The translations under genes were made by a program, and so were the position numbers. Source: Octopus sinensis (taxonomy: Eukaryota). From it: 64,000 nucleotides of DNA. The DNA lies in the NCBI RefSeq assembly GCF_006345805.1, contig NC_043016.1, positions 23,870,001 to 23,934,000 of the forward strand, in the 5' to 3' direction. Positions within the stretch are counted from its first letter, which is position 1, and each line of letters starts with the position of its first letter. Below, in pieces: positions 1 through 12,853 of the stretch. The notes below the pieces were generated by a model. It did not search any database. It saw only the letters and a program-made list of their open reading frames with translations, and was not told the origin of the DNA.

Positions 1-517
1 ATCTCCTTGGTGGGATATGAAAGGTTTAGTCCACTTTGAACTTTTAAACCCACACCAAACAATAACAGAGGAACTCTTCTGCGAGCAGCTTAAGACAGCA
101 CTAGAAGAGAAACAACCATCTTTGATTTCAAGATGAAAGGTCTCCTCCCATCAGAATAATGCCCGGTTACATACAACAAGGATGACATTCCAAAGGCTGG
201 AGCCATTTGAATGGGAGATGATGCCCCATCCACTATATTTGCTGGACATTGCCCCATCATTTATTTCACAGTCTTCAAAGTCATTTGGGCAGAAAAAATA
301 TTAATTCTCTAGATGAGGTCAGAACAATACTGGAGGAGTATTTTTCATCACTGACAAGTGAATTTTGGAAGTTGGGCTTTGCAAGTCTACCCAATAGATG
401 GAAAGCATTGTAGAAAATGAAGGAAAGTATATTTTAGATTAAAAAAGAACTTTGTTTATCTTAATTTTGAAAAATAGAAGTAGTATAAAAAACTGAATTA
501 TTTATGGGATGACCCAA
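1..517 (+). mobile_element. Decayed mariner (Tc1/mariner) transposon, 3' half
   Basis: Translates to WWDMKGLVHFELL..HQNNAR.H..FEWEMMPHP.Y..DIAP with stops and frameshifts. Ends in TIR ttatgggatgacccaa followed by TA. Same family as 23483-24537. Confidence 0.9.
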
Positions 518-1170
518 TATATATCTTAGTGTGTGTTATCTTCTTCGTCATCATTTAACATACATTTTCCTTGCAGGCATAGCTTGAATGGTTGACAAGA
601 TTTTGCAAAGTGCAAGGCTGTGCTGAGCTCCTCTGTCAGCTTTAACATGTTTTCTACAGTTGGAAGCCCTCCCTAATACCAACTACCTTACAATGTGTAC
701 AGGGTCCTTTTTTTTTTTTTTACATGCAACCAACACTTTTGTTGTTGTCAAGTAGGTAACAAGGCAGGAAATAACAGGAAAGAGAAAAGCCCCTATGACT
801 GGGTAATGATGGTATTAGAGAGGGGGAGATAGCTTTATACCTGGTGCTGATAGGTTACAGTACAATAGAGGGACAAAGACAAGTGTCTTGCTAAAGAGGA
901 CATATATTATATAAGTATGAGTAGTAGTAATTGGGATGAAGATGAATGTGTGTGTGTGTGTGTACCATGCTGGAGCACACCTTTTAAGGGTATTTTAATC
1001 GAATAAATTAACCCCAGGATTTATTCTTTGTAAGTCTAATACTTATTCTATCAGTGTCTTTTGCCAGACTGCTAAGTTATGGAAATGTAAACACACCAAT
1101 ATCAGTTGTCAAGTGATGGTGGGGGAACAAAGACATACACAAATAAATATATACATACGTATATATGTAC

Positions 1171-1205
<35 letters not shown>

Positions 1206-1207
1206 AT

Positions 1208-1571
1208 TTCAATTTTGGGGGATTAATCAATATTCGGGTATTCTATTTCAGATAATACAAAAAAATGGCCTAATGAGTATATCTGACAGTAAACTCATGG
1301 TATCAGTTTGCACATCACGAAATAACACTTAACCTTCCAATACGGAAACACGTGTAGTTCCTTCATATTTAATAAAATTAAGTATTAACTAAAGCATGAT
1401 ATAATTATTGAAGTACATTATATGGCTGATAATTTTGGTTATATCCTTTAAGTATTATTTTGTGATGTGCAAAGTGATACCATGAGTTTACTGTAAGATA
1501 TACTCATTAGGTTATTTTTTGTATTATCTGAAATAGAATACCCGCATATCGATTAATCCCCAACAATTGAA
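1208..1571. repeat. Fold-back insertion next to (TA)n (arms 1208-1330 and 1450-1571); spacer holds the 3' half of an HHR-like motif
   Basis: Arms are reverse complements with some mismatches. Spacer contains GAAA-CACGTG-TA-GTTCC. Confidence 0.75.
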
Positions 1572-1717
1572 TACTGACTTTTATCAGATACTTTGTATAT
1601 TTATAGATAATGTATTATAAATAAACGATAAATAAGACCCCAAAGTGCGATATGTAGATGCATATAACACTGTAGGGTTACACCTGATTGATTTGGAAAT
1701 TTGTTTTCCCAAATTAT

Positions 1718-1962
1718 ATATGGCACATAAAAAGCACCATCCGATCGTGGCTGTTGCTAGCCTCCTTTGGCCCCTGTGCTGGTGGCACGTAAAAAGCACC
1801 CACTACACTCATGGAGTGGTTGGCATTAGGAAGGGCATCCAGCTGTAGAAACACTGCCAGATCTGCCTGGGCCTGGTGCAGCCTTCTGGCTTCCCAGACC
1901 CCAGTTGAACCGTCCAACCCATGCTAGCATGGAAAGCGGACGTTAAACGATGATGATGATGA
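1718..1962 (+). mobile_element. 5'-truncated RTE LINE 3' UTR copy (gtggcacgtaaaaagcacc ... acgttaaacgatgatgatg family)
   Basis: Recurrent motif and (GAT)n tail. Other copies at ~5880, 22740, 25310(-), 30935, 33050(-), 41940, 44975, 45560(-), 48675(-), 49560(-), 52490(-), 54195(-), 55990. At 49560-50345 it is contiguous with an RTE ORF end. Confidence 0.75.
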
Positions 1963-2129
1963 TATACGATGGGCTTCTTTCAGTTTCTGTCTACCACATC
2001 CATTCACAAGGCTTTGGTTAACCCGAGTGTATAGTGGAAGACACTTGCCTAAGGTGCCACACAGTGTGACTGAACCCAGAACCATGTGGTTGGGAAGCAA
2101 GCTTCTTATCTCACAGCCATGCTTGTACA

Positions 2130-2165
<36 letters not shown>

Positions 2166-2263
2166 GAGAGAGAGAAAACAGATGAACTAGACAAGGAAAT
2201 CACAATACACAAAACACACACACATACACACATGCACACACATACACGCACACACACACACAC

Positions 2264-2329
2264 TTATCTCTTCATCAACTGTTGACTGAAGTTTGACAGC
2301 TTCAGCAACTTTAACAACAGAATTGCTAG
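2264..2329 (-). CDS. Candidate internal exon (ASNSVVKVAEAVKLQSTVDEEI), unknown gene
   Basis: 66 nt with AG/GT boundaries, open in phase 1-1 and protein-like in composition. Donor GTGTGT is only moderate. Confidence 0.35.
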   Translation of the reverse strand, partial: LAILLLKLLKLSNFSQQLMKR

Positions 2330-3284
2330 CTTCAGCATGCCAAGAGATTTAAAGAAAAATTACCAGAGAAAGATTTATCTAAGTCAGGAGAGGGACAATT
2401 TGTGAGACAGTGTAGTTTCAATATCAGAGAAGAGAAGACAATAAGTATTCAAGAATATGTGTAAAAGTGTCCAAACAAATACGGCGGGGGAAAAAAATTA
2501 AGTTTGATAATAAGATATTTCAATTAAGAAAAAACAATCTGGAAAAAAATTTCTTTTGTTTTTTTTGCTCTCAGTTTATATCAAATAGAACTAATAACAA
2601 TGATACAGAACAGAGAGTCTTTTGACTGAAGTACAATATAGCAGTGCAAACAGGTAACATAGTATGAGAAGAAATTGTTCAATATGAAAAAGAGCTGATG
2701 GAGGAGAAATCCAGAAAAGAGTAGAGAAAAGCAATCACAGAATCAAAATGAGATGGAGTGTGAGTGGAAAAGAGTATTATGAGAAGTGATCTAAAGACAT
2801 TGTAGGATAGAAGAAATATCAGACAGAGGACAAGAGACAAAGAAAAAGAACTGACTGAAATGCGGGAAAAGAGAAGGAAGAGAGAGGAAAAGTAATAAAG
2901 AAAAAAAGGAGAGAGAACAATAGAGAATGGGAATATGTGGCTTTGTTTATAAGAACCATTGCTGTTTACTTTCTGCCTACTTATGCTCAGTAAGTTAGCT
3001 ATTTTGTTGAGGTATGTGGTTTAGTAGTTAGGGCCTGGACTCATTATCGTAAAATTGTGGTTTTGATTTCTGGACCGAGTGGTGCATTGTGTCCTTGAGC
3101 AAAACACTTCATTTCATGTTGGTCTGGTCCACTCATTTGGCAAAAATAAGTAATCCTGCGATGGACTAGTGTTCCATCCAGGGAAGAATATATATGCCAA
3201 AGAAACCAGGAAACAAAAGCCATGTTCTTTATGGAGTAATGTAGACTAACCAAGTTAGATATTTTATCAGAGACTGATGAAATA

Positions 3285-3850
3285 TTGGTTTGTCCGGAAA
3301 GTTTGTACCGATTTATAGTAGTTTACCTTTCGACTTATTCTAAAACATAGTTGAGTCCATAAAATAGGATTTGGCTACACCTCCATTTAGAGCACTGTTT
3401 AAGCTATCTTTTCGTGGAAGAAGGTTTATGTTCCTATAACCTGTGTTAATTCTGTAACTTTTTAAAATGAAAAATAAGAAAGTTCATTTTCGGCACTTGA
3501 TGCTTTGGGAACCAGACAAAAATTGCTGCAGCTCGGCTGGGGTGTGTTACCCCACCCTCCATATTCACCAGATGTCGCTCCTTTGGATTTCCACATATTC
3601 AGGTCTCTGCAGAATAGTCTTAATGGTAAAAATTTCAATTCCTTGAATGATGTAAAAAGATACCTTGATGAATTCTTTGCCATGAAACGCCCTCAATTCA
3701 GGGAAGAAGGTATTTTCAAGTAAAAGGAAAGATGGAGATGCATTGTGCAACAAAATGGTTCATATTTGGTTGATTAAAAATGTAATGGCAAGTATTTATT
3801 AACCTTTTTCTTTCCTTTAAAAATCGGCACAAATTTTCCAGACAACCCAA
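3285..3850 (+). mobile_element. Internally deleted mariner element, 566 bp, TIRs with TA target duplication
   Basis: TA|ttggtttgtccggaaagtttgtaccgattt ... aaatcggcacaaattttccagacaacccaa|TA. Encodes LGWGVLPHPPYSPDVAPLDFHIFRSLQNSL (YSPDLAP-type motif). Confidence 0.93.
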
Positions 3851-3889
3851 TAAATAGCAAACTAAAATAAATACTGATGATAGATGCAT

Positions 3890-4265
3890 CCTTCTAAATC
3901 CCTTGAAGACAGTGATCCAGCATGGTTGCTGCCTAAAAAGGTAAGGATGACCATGAATGACCATAGGATTGCACCTAGAAAGTTACTGCCTGAGGTACAA
4001 GTCTGGGCAAGGTTGTTTATGGAAGACCGGCAATCACCCATGCATACCAGCTTCTCCTCACCATGCCACCGATGTTATCCAAAGGCAAAGGCTGATACAG
4101 ATTGGCTCTAGTGACATCACAACTCATTTCTACAGAAGAGTGAACTGGAGCAACATGAAATAAAGTGTCTTACTCAAGAACACAACACACAACCCAGTCT
4201 GGGAACCGAACTCACTACCTCATGATTGTGAGTCCAACACTTTAACCACTGAGTCATGTGCCCCC
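3890..4265 (-). mobile_element. tRNA-derived SINE with conserved central domain
   Basis: tRNA-like head (tcagtggttaaagtgttggactc) plus a CORE-like body. Homologous to 38560-38895(+). Confidence 0.7.
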
Positions 4266-5578
4266 ATTAGGCTACTGACTAATGACAGAATAAATCCTGT
4301 AGCAATGTTTATACCTGACCTTTGTATGCAGTTGACCACAAGGTCCAGTCCTTGTTGCAGTGTGGTGGTTTGTGTGCCTCAATAGCCCCAAGAGCTATGC
4401 CAGTAGTGTACATGTTTGTAGTAGGGTCTCTCAAGCTGGACAGGTCAAAGGATAGATGCCAGATTAATATGGACCACTTCCTCTGGTAGATAAAATGGGT
4501 TTGTGTAAGGTCAGCACTCCCACCTAGAAAAGAAAAGGCAAAGTTATAAGTACAGGGGTGGCTATGTGTTAAGAAGCTTGCTTCCCAACCACGGTTCTGG
4601 GTTCAGTCCCACTGTGTGACACCTTGACCAAATGTCTCCTACTATAGCCTTGGCTGAGCAAAGCCTTGTGAGTGGATTTGTGGTCTGTAGCTCTCATCAG
4701 TAATTCATGTGGCACTGAGTCATATGCATTAGCTAGGTCAAGTCATACCATGTTTCAAACTTGTTTTGTTCTATTTGGCATCATGGATTGCTTTCCAAAT
4801 CGAAAACCAATGCTCAAAGCATCCAAGGATCCCAGAGATTCAGGCCTTTTGAACACATTAATCAACTTACCCATTACTCTGTAAATTTGCCACTGTTCTC
4901 CTTGAGGACCAGCTGGTGCCTGTCCGAAAACAAGTGTGCTCAGCCAACAGTGCCATGCTTGTTGTTGGGTGGGCGCTGGCTGGATGAGATGTACGCAGTC
5001 AGCAGCAAGCAGACAGCATTGGAGTGGACAGCCACTGTACTAGTGCTGTACTATTAGAGGACCAAAGAAGATTAGGCAAGGGGACCCAGCCATGGCTTAC
5101 AATGGAATGGATCAGTTGGCACATTTGTCACCGTGATAGGTCGCTGGGAGTTTGTAGGTGAGCTAGCGAGCCATTGAGGTGGTGGTCAGTGGTAATGATC
5201 TTATATATATATATACCATATATACTCATGTAAAGTCCAATTTTTTAGACCATTTTTTTAAGGTCAAATTTATGGGGTCGACTATTACATGGATACCTCT
5301 TTTGAGTGGCTAAAATTCAAGCAAAAATCTTAAGTACCATATCAGCAGCAGAAACCCAACTGATCTCAAAGCGAATAAAAACAAAAACACAACGAATTAC
5401 CATAATATTACCAATTCTATGCATCAACACACACATCCTAGTAAATAACAAAACCTATAAACAAGACCACGTAGCTCTTATAAATATTTACACTTCCTCT
5501 AAAAAAAAAAAGTTGCAGGATGTCATATGCAGTTACCAGTAAATGTCCATAATATGGTGCAAAGCTGTTAATCTGGGG

Positions 5579-5699
5579 CAGGGATTCCCAAAGTGTGTTC
5601 TGCAAAACCCTAGGATTCCTCAAAAAGTTATCAGTGGCTCCACATTTTTAAAAATAATCTCAAAGGATTCCGCGGTAAAAAAAAGTTTGGCAACCACTG
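5579..5699. mobile_element. hAT/Charlie-type MITE
   Basis: TIRs cagggattcccaaa / tttggcaaccactg with a degenerate 8-bp TSD atctgggg/atctagcg. Confidence 0.7.
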
Positions 5700-5812
5700 A
5701 TCTAGCGATTAATCAAATGTTTTTAGGCTTACCGAAGTTATGCCTCTCGAATTCATATTGTGGTGTTTGCTGTTGTTCACTGATAGTGCTGTCTCTGAAA
5801 CATGTTTCTCAC

Positions 5813-5846
5813 CATGTAAAAGGACGTATAATGGGAAGATTTTCCT
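5813..5846 (-). CDS. Candidate 34-nt internal exon (RKIFPLYVLLH or EENLPIIRPFT depending on phase)
   Basis: Acceptor ctttctctcaagcacatgcAG and strong donor ATG|GTGAGA. Phase 0-1 would bridge the 7228-7437 and 2264-2329 exons. Confidence 0.4.
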
Positions 5847-7227
5847 CTGCATGTGCTTGAGAGAAAGATTAGTGTCACACAACTGGCATGTAAAAGCACC
5901 CGTTACATCCTCAGAGTGATTGGCATTAGGAATGTCATCCAGCTGTAGAAACCATGCCTAATCACATTGGAGTCTGATGCAGCCCCTCAGCTTATCAGCC
6001 CTGATCAAACCATCCAATTCATGCCAGCATGGACAATGAATGCAAATAATAATGATGATGGTGGTGGTGGTGGTGGTGGTGATGAGGAGGAGGAACATGA
6101 GGAGGAGGAGATCCAGTCACGAAGCTTTGGTTGGCTTAAAGCTCATAGAAGACACTTAATGTGTCACAGAGTAGGACCGAGCGCAAAACTTTGTGATTGG
6201 GAAGCAAAATTCTTAACCACAAAGACATGCCAGCATCTCATAGCCATGCCTGCATTATAGGGTTTCTTAAAATTACAAAGTATATCTTGATCTAATGACA
6301 GGATAACTCATACAGTATTGGACAGTAAGGCTTATAAGGTTTTCTAAATTGCATTGATGTGAGGAACAGTATGAGTCAATTATTAAATTTTCAAATTATC
6401 ATTATTTTCTTCAGTTTAAATTTTAACTTCAGTGTCAATGTCCTGTTATAAACCACTTTTCAAATATTGCAGCAGTTATCCATAGTTTTTTTTTGTTTTT
6501 TTTTTCTAATGAAGTGGGAGGGTATTTTTATTTAATCCTTTTATTGACTGCCTTATTAAGAATCCTACTTTAGGCTTCAGAAAGCAGCCTCATAATAAAT
6601 CCCAGCATAATAATAATGTTATTCAATCTTTAGATGCCATGGTGATTCAGCTAACTACTTTTGCTAATGCAATCTATTATTTTTCACAAATTAGACTAGC
6701 TTTATCAATGTTACTGCATTTATATCAAAGAAATGAAATCTTCTTCAATAATTTTAATACAAATTCTTCAGTAGTTTTATATCTTATCACATGATCACTT
6801 GTCTCATGCAATTTATTATTATGAAGGAGGCTTTGGTCTTGAAATATTTCAAGCCATCCTGCACTACTAGAAAATCTAGCATATAGTTGAATGAATATCC
6901 TCTTCCTCATACTCCTTCTCCTACCCCTACTCCTACTCCTCCTTATTGTTATTATTATTTGATATATATATACTTGATTAAATATTCTCACTGTTGTTTC
7001 CATTGTATAGAACATGTTATATACACAATCTTTTTGGGGCTTTATATTCTATATAAAATAACAGAACTTTTCTATGGTTTCCACAATGTTATTTCATATA
7101 TATATATATATTTATATATATATATATGTATATATATTTACATACATATATATATGTATATATATATATAATATATATCATATATATATATATATATGTG
7201 TGTGTGTTTGATGTGTTTTCAACATAC

Positions 7228-7437
7228 CAGAAATCTTACAATTACACTGAATCTCATTTCTTTCTTTGCTTCTTTTAATTGATCTGAGAATTGCTTCATT
7301 TTTATTAAACCATTTTCACAGTTTCTTTTGAATGCTTTTCCATTTTGAAACTGGTTTAATACTTCAGTATTCTTCCAAAGAACAAATAAACATTCTTGCT
7401 TGTTTTTCACTTTGTCAATCGAAACTCTATCAACAAA
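7228..7437 (-). CDS. Internal coding exon, 70 aa (FVDRVSIDKVKNKQECLFVLWKNTEVLNQFQNGKAFKRNCENGLIKMKQFSDQLKEAKKEMRFSVIVRFL), unidentified protein
   Basis: Long poly-T tract plus ggtAG acceptor, CTG|GTATGT donor, exactly 210 nt and stop-free, in non-repetitive sequence. Confidence 0.7.
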
Positions 7438-7719
7438 CTACCAAAAAAAAAAAAAAAAAAAAAAAAAGGAAAAGAAAATTACGTTAAAAAAATAAAAATT
7501 CATGTTTAGAATGATGTCTACTGCACTATCACAGAAATCAAATGAAAGTAAAATGAAACACCTGAACAAAAATGATGATGTGGCATTTCTAAATGGTATG
7601 TAAGTAATTTGGGAAATATTCAACCAAAACGAAAATCATGTGAGAGTGAAACTGTGTAAACTGAGGAAATGCTTAATGTTTGAATAGACAGTTTCGAAGA
7701 GAGAAACCAAAACATCTTC

Positions 7720-7749
7720 ACACTACTACTACTACTACTATACTACTAC

Positions 7750-7829
<80 letters not shown>

Positions 7830-7841
7830 GTTGTAATAATG

Positions 7842-7903
<62 letters not shown>

Positions 7904-7904
7904 T

Positions 7905-7945
<41 letters not shown>
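7720..7945. repeat. (ACT)n/(AAT)n microsatellite
   Basis: Direct reading; source of the poly-I/L/Y ORFs. Confidence 0.98.
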
Positions 7946-7946
<1 letters not shown>

Positions 7947-8439
7947 TCTTTTTATTGGCCACAAGGACTGACAAACATGATTGGAAAACATAAAGGGACA
8001 AAACAGGACAAAAGGTTACAAAGGGTTATGTCTGTTTGTGAAAAAATTGAGTAAAAAGGCAGTTTAACAACAAAAATATAACAACACAAAACTCCCAATA
8101 GGGGGAGGCATTATGAAAAAAGGAAAAGGCCTCACATGGAAAAACCAAAAAAAGCCACCTTCTTCAATTACAGGTGAAACCTCAGAATTGGTCCATTTAC
8201 ACTGGCCATTCTTGCACAATTCACCCACCTTTCAGAAAATTTGCTATCAGACAGCACTCTCCTCTCTAACCTCATCTTCCTTTTCAAGTGAAACTTGAAA
8301 AAGTTGATGAGGCCTTGACCAAAGAGGAAAGTGTCTGACTTTAGCCCTTTCAAACGGGTCCACCATACAACCTCTTTCGCCACAGCCACTAGGCACAGGA
8401 AAACGGCCTCGCCCTCCTTGTTAAAGGAGCAATCTTCAC

Positions 8440-8440
<1 letters not shown>
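7945..8440 (-). mobile_element. Tx1/L1-clade LINE 3' end with (TTA)n tail
   Basis: ORF end VVWWTRLKGLKSDTFLFGQGLINFFKFHLKRKMRLERRVL...RWVN. A related fragment lies at ~11400-11545. Confidence 0.6.
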
Positions 8441-8477
<37 letters not shown>

Positions 8478-8909
8478 CAACAACAACATGGTAATCGTAT
8501 ATCAAGATAAACAGTGCGTGACCTTGCAGGTGGGGTCCAGTTAGAATTTTCTTCAGGTCGGGTAGTCCATCCCACTCAAAAGATCCTTGAATAAGGGTTG
8601 TTTAAGGATGTTGAATGAAACACCCATGTTTCCAGAGGTAAATAATTCAAACTCCAAAGAATTCCTCTCAACACATGGCTATGATGCTCCCCCACTACTT
8701 CTCGTGATCAGAGATGCACGTATCGTCAGCCATTAAGGGACATGCTCGACTGGTTAAGGTCAAACAACTGACAAGCAAATCTGTGGTATTGAGCAGAATA
8801 TTTGCTGTAGCCCATCTTTTATACCAAGATAAAACAATGTACATGATAACACTTCCAATCAGTTACATTCAGAAGCCATGAGAGCCACTGCTTGGTACTG
8901 CATCAGGGC

Positions 8910-8974
8910 ATATTATTATTATTATCTTTATTATTATTATTATCATTACTACTATTATTATTATTATTATTATT

Positions 8975-9052
<78 letters not shown>

Positions 9053-9077
9053 TCATCATCATCATCCATCATCATCA

Positions 9078-9115
<38 letters not shown>

Positions 9116-9135
9116 GTTATTATTATTATTATTTT

Positions 9136-9180
<45 letters not shown>
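8910..9180. repeat. Compound (TAT)n(CAT)n(TAT)n(AAT)n microsatellite
   Basis: Direct reading. Confidence 0.98.
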
Positions 9181-9183
<3 letters not shown>

Positions 9184-10715
9184 GACAGAGAGTGAAGGCT
9201 TGATCTTGACTGCCCAAGATCAGAGCTTATTGACCCGGAACTATCAAGCCAATATGGTGAACTTGGGTTATCATTTCAAGGGAAAAACACAAAGTATCAA
9301 CCATCTTCACTTCATGGATGATTTGAAGCTATATGACAAGCATGAGGTGCAAGTGAGTCCCTTTGTGGACACTGTCCACTGTTTTAGTGTTGATGTTAAG
9401 ATGGAATTTGGACTCAAGTAGTGTAGTGTAATGTGTCTGAAATGAGGCAAGGTACAGTCCCAGCAGGGACAGAATTACCAAATTGGGAAGTTATGAAAGA
9501 AATTGGGCAGTGGCATCACTTAAGTATGGAGATGGAATCATAAGCTAGCAAAAGAATGAACTGGTGAGTATATATATACAAAGACACAGAAATCATTGAC
9601 ATTCAAAGGAGCATTCCACCCAAGAGTGATACGGATCAGTTGTATGAGTACAGAAGAAAAGGTGGAAGAGGTCTGATAAGTTGTCAGGATTGTGTTGAAT
9701 CAGAGGAAAACAGTTTAGGGTATTATGTAAAAAATGCTGTGGAACCATTATTGATGCATGGGGGAAAATCAGGCACCATCAAAACTGATAATTATGTTAT
9801 GTTAAGAGAGAGAAGTTTAAAGAAGAAAAGAACATGAAAAAAGAAATTGCATAGAAAGGGAAGATAATGTTCAGTCAATTTGCAAGAGATATGAACACAA
9901 AGACAGATGCAGAAGGCTGGTGGTTATGGATGTGGGGAAGTGACTTGAAGATAGAAACAGAAGCACCTATATGTGCAGCATCAGAACAAGCATTGAGAAC
10001 AAACTATGTTAAATGTAGAAGTGGTAAAACAACTGAGAGCAGCAAATAAAAAAACGTGTGGCGAGAAGGATAAAACAATGTAGCACATTGTCAGTGAATG
10101 CCCAAAACTGGACAATGAAAATATAGAAGGCAACATGACAATGTGGCAAGAATGATCCATTGGGAGCTTTGTAGAAATTATGGCCTAGAAATATCAAAGA
10201 TGTATGACTAAATCTTAGAAGGAGTTATTAAGAATGTGCACAATCCTATGAAATGTAATGATTCAGTATGGCCATCAGATTAAACACCAGAAACCTGACA
10301 TTGTTGTGGTGAACAGAAAAAAAACCATGCCTGATAATTGACTTAACATGCCCTGGTGACAACAGTGTTGAAGAGAAAGCTGAAGAAAAGATGAATAACT
10401 ATGATGAACTGAAGTGGAAAACATACAGGTTGTGGGCAGTGAAGAAAGTGGATGTGATACCTGTAGTGATTAGTGCTCTTAGAAGTATCAGCACTCAATT
10501 ACGAACATAGCTCAAAAGGATTGATACAAATATAAAGATAGAACATCTACAAAAATCATCATTGCTTGGAACTGCAAAAGTTCTCTGAAGGGTTCTTGAA
10601 ACATGACCAGTAAACAAGAGTCACCTTAGTCTGATGACTGTGAACAGTTGACACATTCCATCATACCCAGTAAAATAAAACTGAGAGTTTTCATAATTAT
10701 AAGAACAACAACAAC
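9181..10715 (+). mobile_element. Decayed R4/Dong-clade non-LTR retrotransposon (RT end, CCHC region, REL endonuclease) in an (AAT)n tract
   Basis: INHLHFMDDLKLY, LY..R..GGRGL, LKIETEA.I.AA.EQALRTNY, KPDIVVV. Tail (AAC/AAT)n. Confidence 0.8.
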
Positions 10716-10859
10716 AACAATAACAATAATAATCATTCTTTCTTTATTAGCCAAAAGGGTCACCTACAAAAGAAAAGGATGATACAAAAACAAGGGACAG
10801 TTGGGTTTTACATAAAACACATGTAAGCAATAAAAAAACATTAACAATTAACAATAACA

Positions 10860-11047
10860 TAGGCGTAGGAGTGGCTGTGTGGTAAGTAGCTTGCTTACGA
10901 ACTGCATGGTTCTGAGTTCAGTCCCACTGTGTGGCACCTTGGGCAAGTGTCTTCTACTATAGCCTCGGGCTGACCAAAGCCTTGTGAGTGGATTTGGTAG
11001 ACAGAAACTGAAAGAAGCCCATCATATATATATGTGTATATATATAT

Positions 11048-11095
<48 letters not shown>

Positions 11096-11264
11096 TTGTG
11101 TGTGTGTGTGTGTGTGTTTATGTCCCCGTAACTTAGCGGTTCGGCAAAAGAGACCGATAGAATAAGTACTAGGCTTACAAACAAAGTCTTGGGGTCGATT
11201 TGCTCAACTAAAGGCAGTGCTCCAGCATGGCCACAGTCAAATGACTGAAACAAGTAAAAGAGTA
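10860..11264 (+). mobile_element. Full-length tRNA-derived SINE with internal (TA)n (dominant family)
   Basis: Head ggcgtaggagtggctgtgtggtaag...ggttcagtcccactg and tail gactgaaacaagtaaaagagtaa. Confidence 0.9.
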
Positions 11265-11561
11265 ATAAAATCATAAACAATGAAATTCCCCGGTAACAGG
11301 GAGTACCATGCAGGAATGACTAAGGAATCCTAGAGATTCCAAGTCACCCTTTTCACCCAGCTTACTCAGGCCATCCTCACCACATTCACCCATCTTCCAA
11401 CAAATTTACTGGGTGATAATACCTCCCTCTACCTTCACTTACCTTTTCAAGTGGAACCTAAAAATGTTGATGTGGGCTTAGCTAAGAGAAGCATGTCTGT
11501 ATTTAATCCTTTCATTTGCATAAACCACACAACCACTTTTGTCATAGCCACTAGACAGAGA

Positions 11562-11860
11562 GTGGAGGCACAATGGCCTAGTGGTTAGAGCAGCGGACTC
11601 ACGGTCGAGGGATTGTGGGTTCGAATCTCAGACTGGGCGATGTGTGTGTTTATGAGCAAAACACCTAAGCTCCACACGGCTCCGGCAGAAGGTAATGGCG
11701 AACTTCTGCTGACTCTTTCGCCACAACTTTCTCTCACTCTTTCCTCCTGCATCTCGCAGCTCACCTGTGACGGACCAGCGTCCCATCCAGGTGGAGAACA
11801 TATACGCAAAGGAAACCGTGAAACTGGCTCTCATGAGTCAGGCGTGGCTCGAGAAGGAAC
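11562..11860 (+). mobile_element. tRNA-headed SINE, second family
   Basis: A-box tggcctagtggttagagc and B-box gggttcgaatctc. A shorter copy lies at 39887-40050. Confidence 0.75.
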
Positions 11861-12033
11861 AACTAGACAGAGAAAAACTGCTGGCTCTTCCCAAAGGAAG
11901 GCAGCAGGGCAATCTTTGTGATGGAGTTGGTTGATAGCTGGATCCATCTTACATGTGACAGCAGATGTTCAACATAAATCCACAAGTCAGCAATGCTCAG
12001 GCTGCTTTATTAGCACAAAGACAATTGACTCAC

Positions 12034-12084
12034 ATTAGTACAAATGCAGTCACAGCAGCTCTTGAAAATCTATGAACCAAATGA
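12034..12084 (-). CDS. Candidate short exon (36 or 51 nt; IFKSCCDCICTN or HLVHRFSRAAVTAFVL)
   Basis: Strong donor AAT|GTGAGT and two possible AG acceptors (exon starts at 12069 or 12084). Confidence 0.3.
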
Positions 12085-12612
12085 CTACAATAGAAGAGTG
12101 GTTAGAATTGGATCTGATCTTAGAGTTAATTAGAGAAAATAATAATAATTGTGTAATTGGGAGATGTAAGGGATGCGCTCTAAGAGCATCGGTGTATTAT
12201 GTGTAGGAGTTTTGCAAGTATGTTAGTGAAAAATATTACAGAATATGTGGTGGAAGTAGAAAATTAAAAATAAAACAGCACAAATGTGAAACAAAGAAGT
12301 TAAGCAAAATAATTTTTTGTGTGAGATTGAAATGTAATTAAGTCTTAAAAATAATCAGCAAATAAATAGAATTGTGCCTGCATGTCTTTTCTCTCTCTTT
12401 TTCCTCATTGAAAGGATTCTTATTCGAAACAGATGAATTAATTAATTAGTGCAATAAGACAGCTGTCATAATCACTGCAATACATAAAGATATAAAGAAA
12501 CTTTTTGTTGAATTCATCATACATCAGAGTTTTCTTTCAATGTTTAGCCAATACTATATTTCATTATGTTGCACCCACTTCCTTCCATACACATTGAGGT
12601 ATTGTCTCTGCA

Positions 12613-12853
12613 AGGTGGCGAGTTGTCAGAAACATTAGCATGCCGGGCGAAATGCTTAGAGGTATTTCGTCCGTCGCTATGTTCTGAGTTCAAATTCTGC
12701 CAAGGTCGACTTTGCCTTTCATCCTTTCGAGGTCGATTAAATAAGTACCAGTTACGCACTGGTGTCGATATTATTGACTTAATCCGTTTGTCTGTCCTTG
12801 TTTGTCCTCTCTGTGTTTAGTCCCTTGCGGGTAGTAAAGAAATAGGTATTGTC
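12613..12853 (+). mobile_element. tRNA-derived SINE, third family (gttctgagttcaaattc..gaggtcgactttgcctttcatcc)
   Basis: Other copies at ~14925, 15640(-), 19570, 20390(-), 20985-21320, 51410(-). Confidence 0.75.

Noticed and set aside
3274-3310. CTGATGA...GAAA resembling an HHR
   Set aside because: It straddles the mariner TIR junction and stems I and III do not form.
4340-4535. RTE 5' UTR-like segment with a possible HDV/twister ribozyme
   Set aside because: Too degenerate to fold convincingly by eye.
6380-6420. CTGAAGA...GAAA on the minus strand
   Set aside because: Only A-U chance pairing and no stem I.
7680-9195. Long poly-I/L/Y/H/S ORFs
   Set aside because: They are translations of trinucleotide microsatellites.
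11562-11640. tRNA gene candidates (also 39887, 60760-60840)
   Set aside because: The tRNA-like heads run into SINE bodies and lack a complete acceptor stem.
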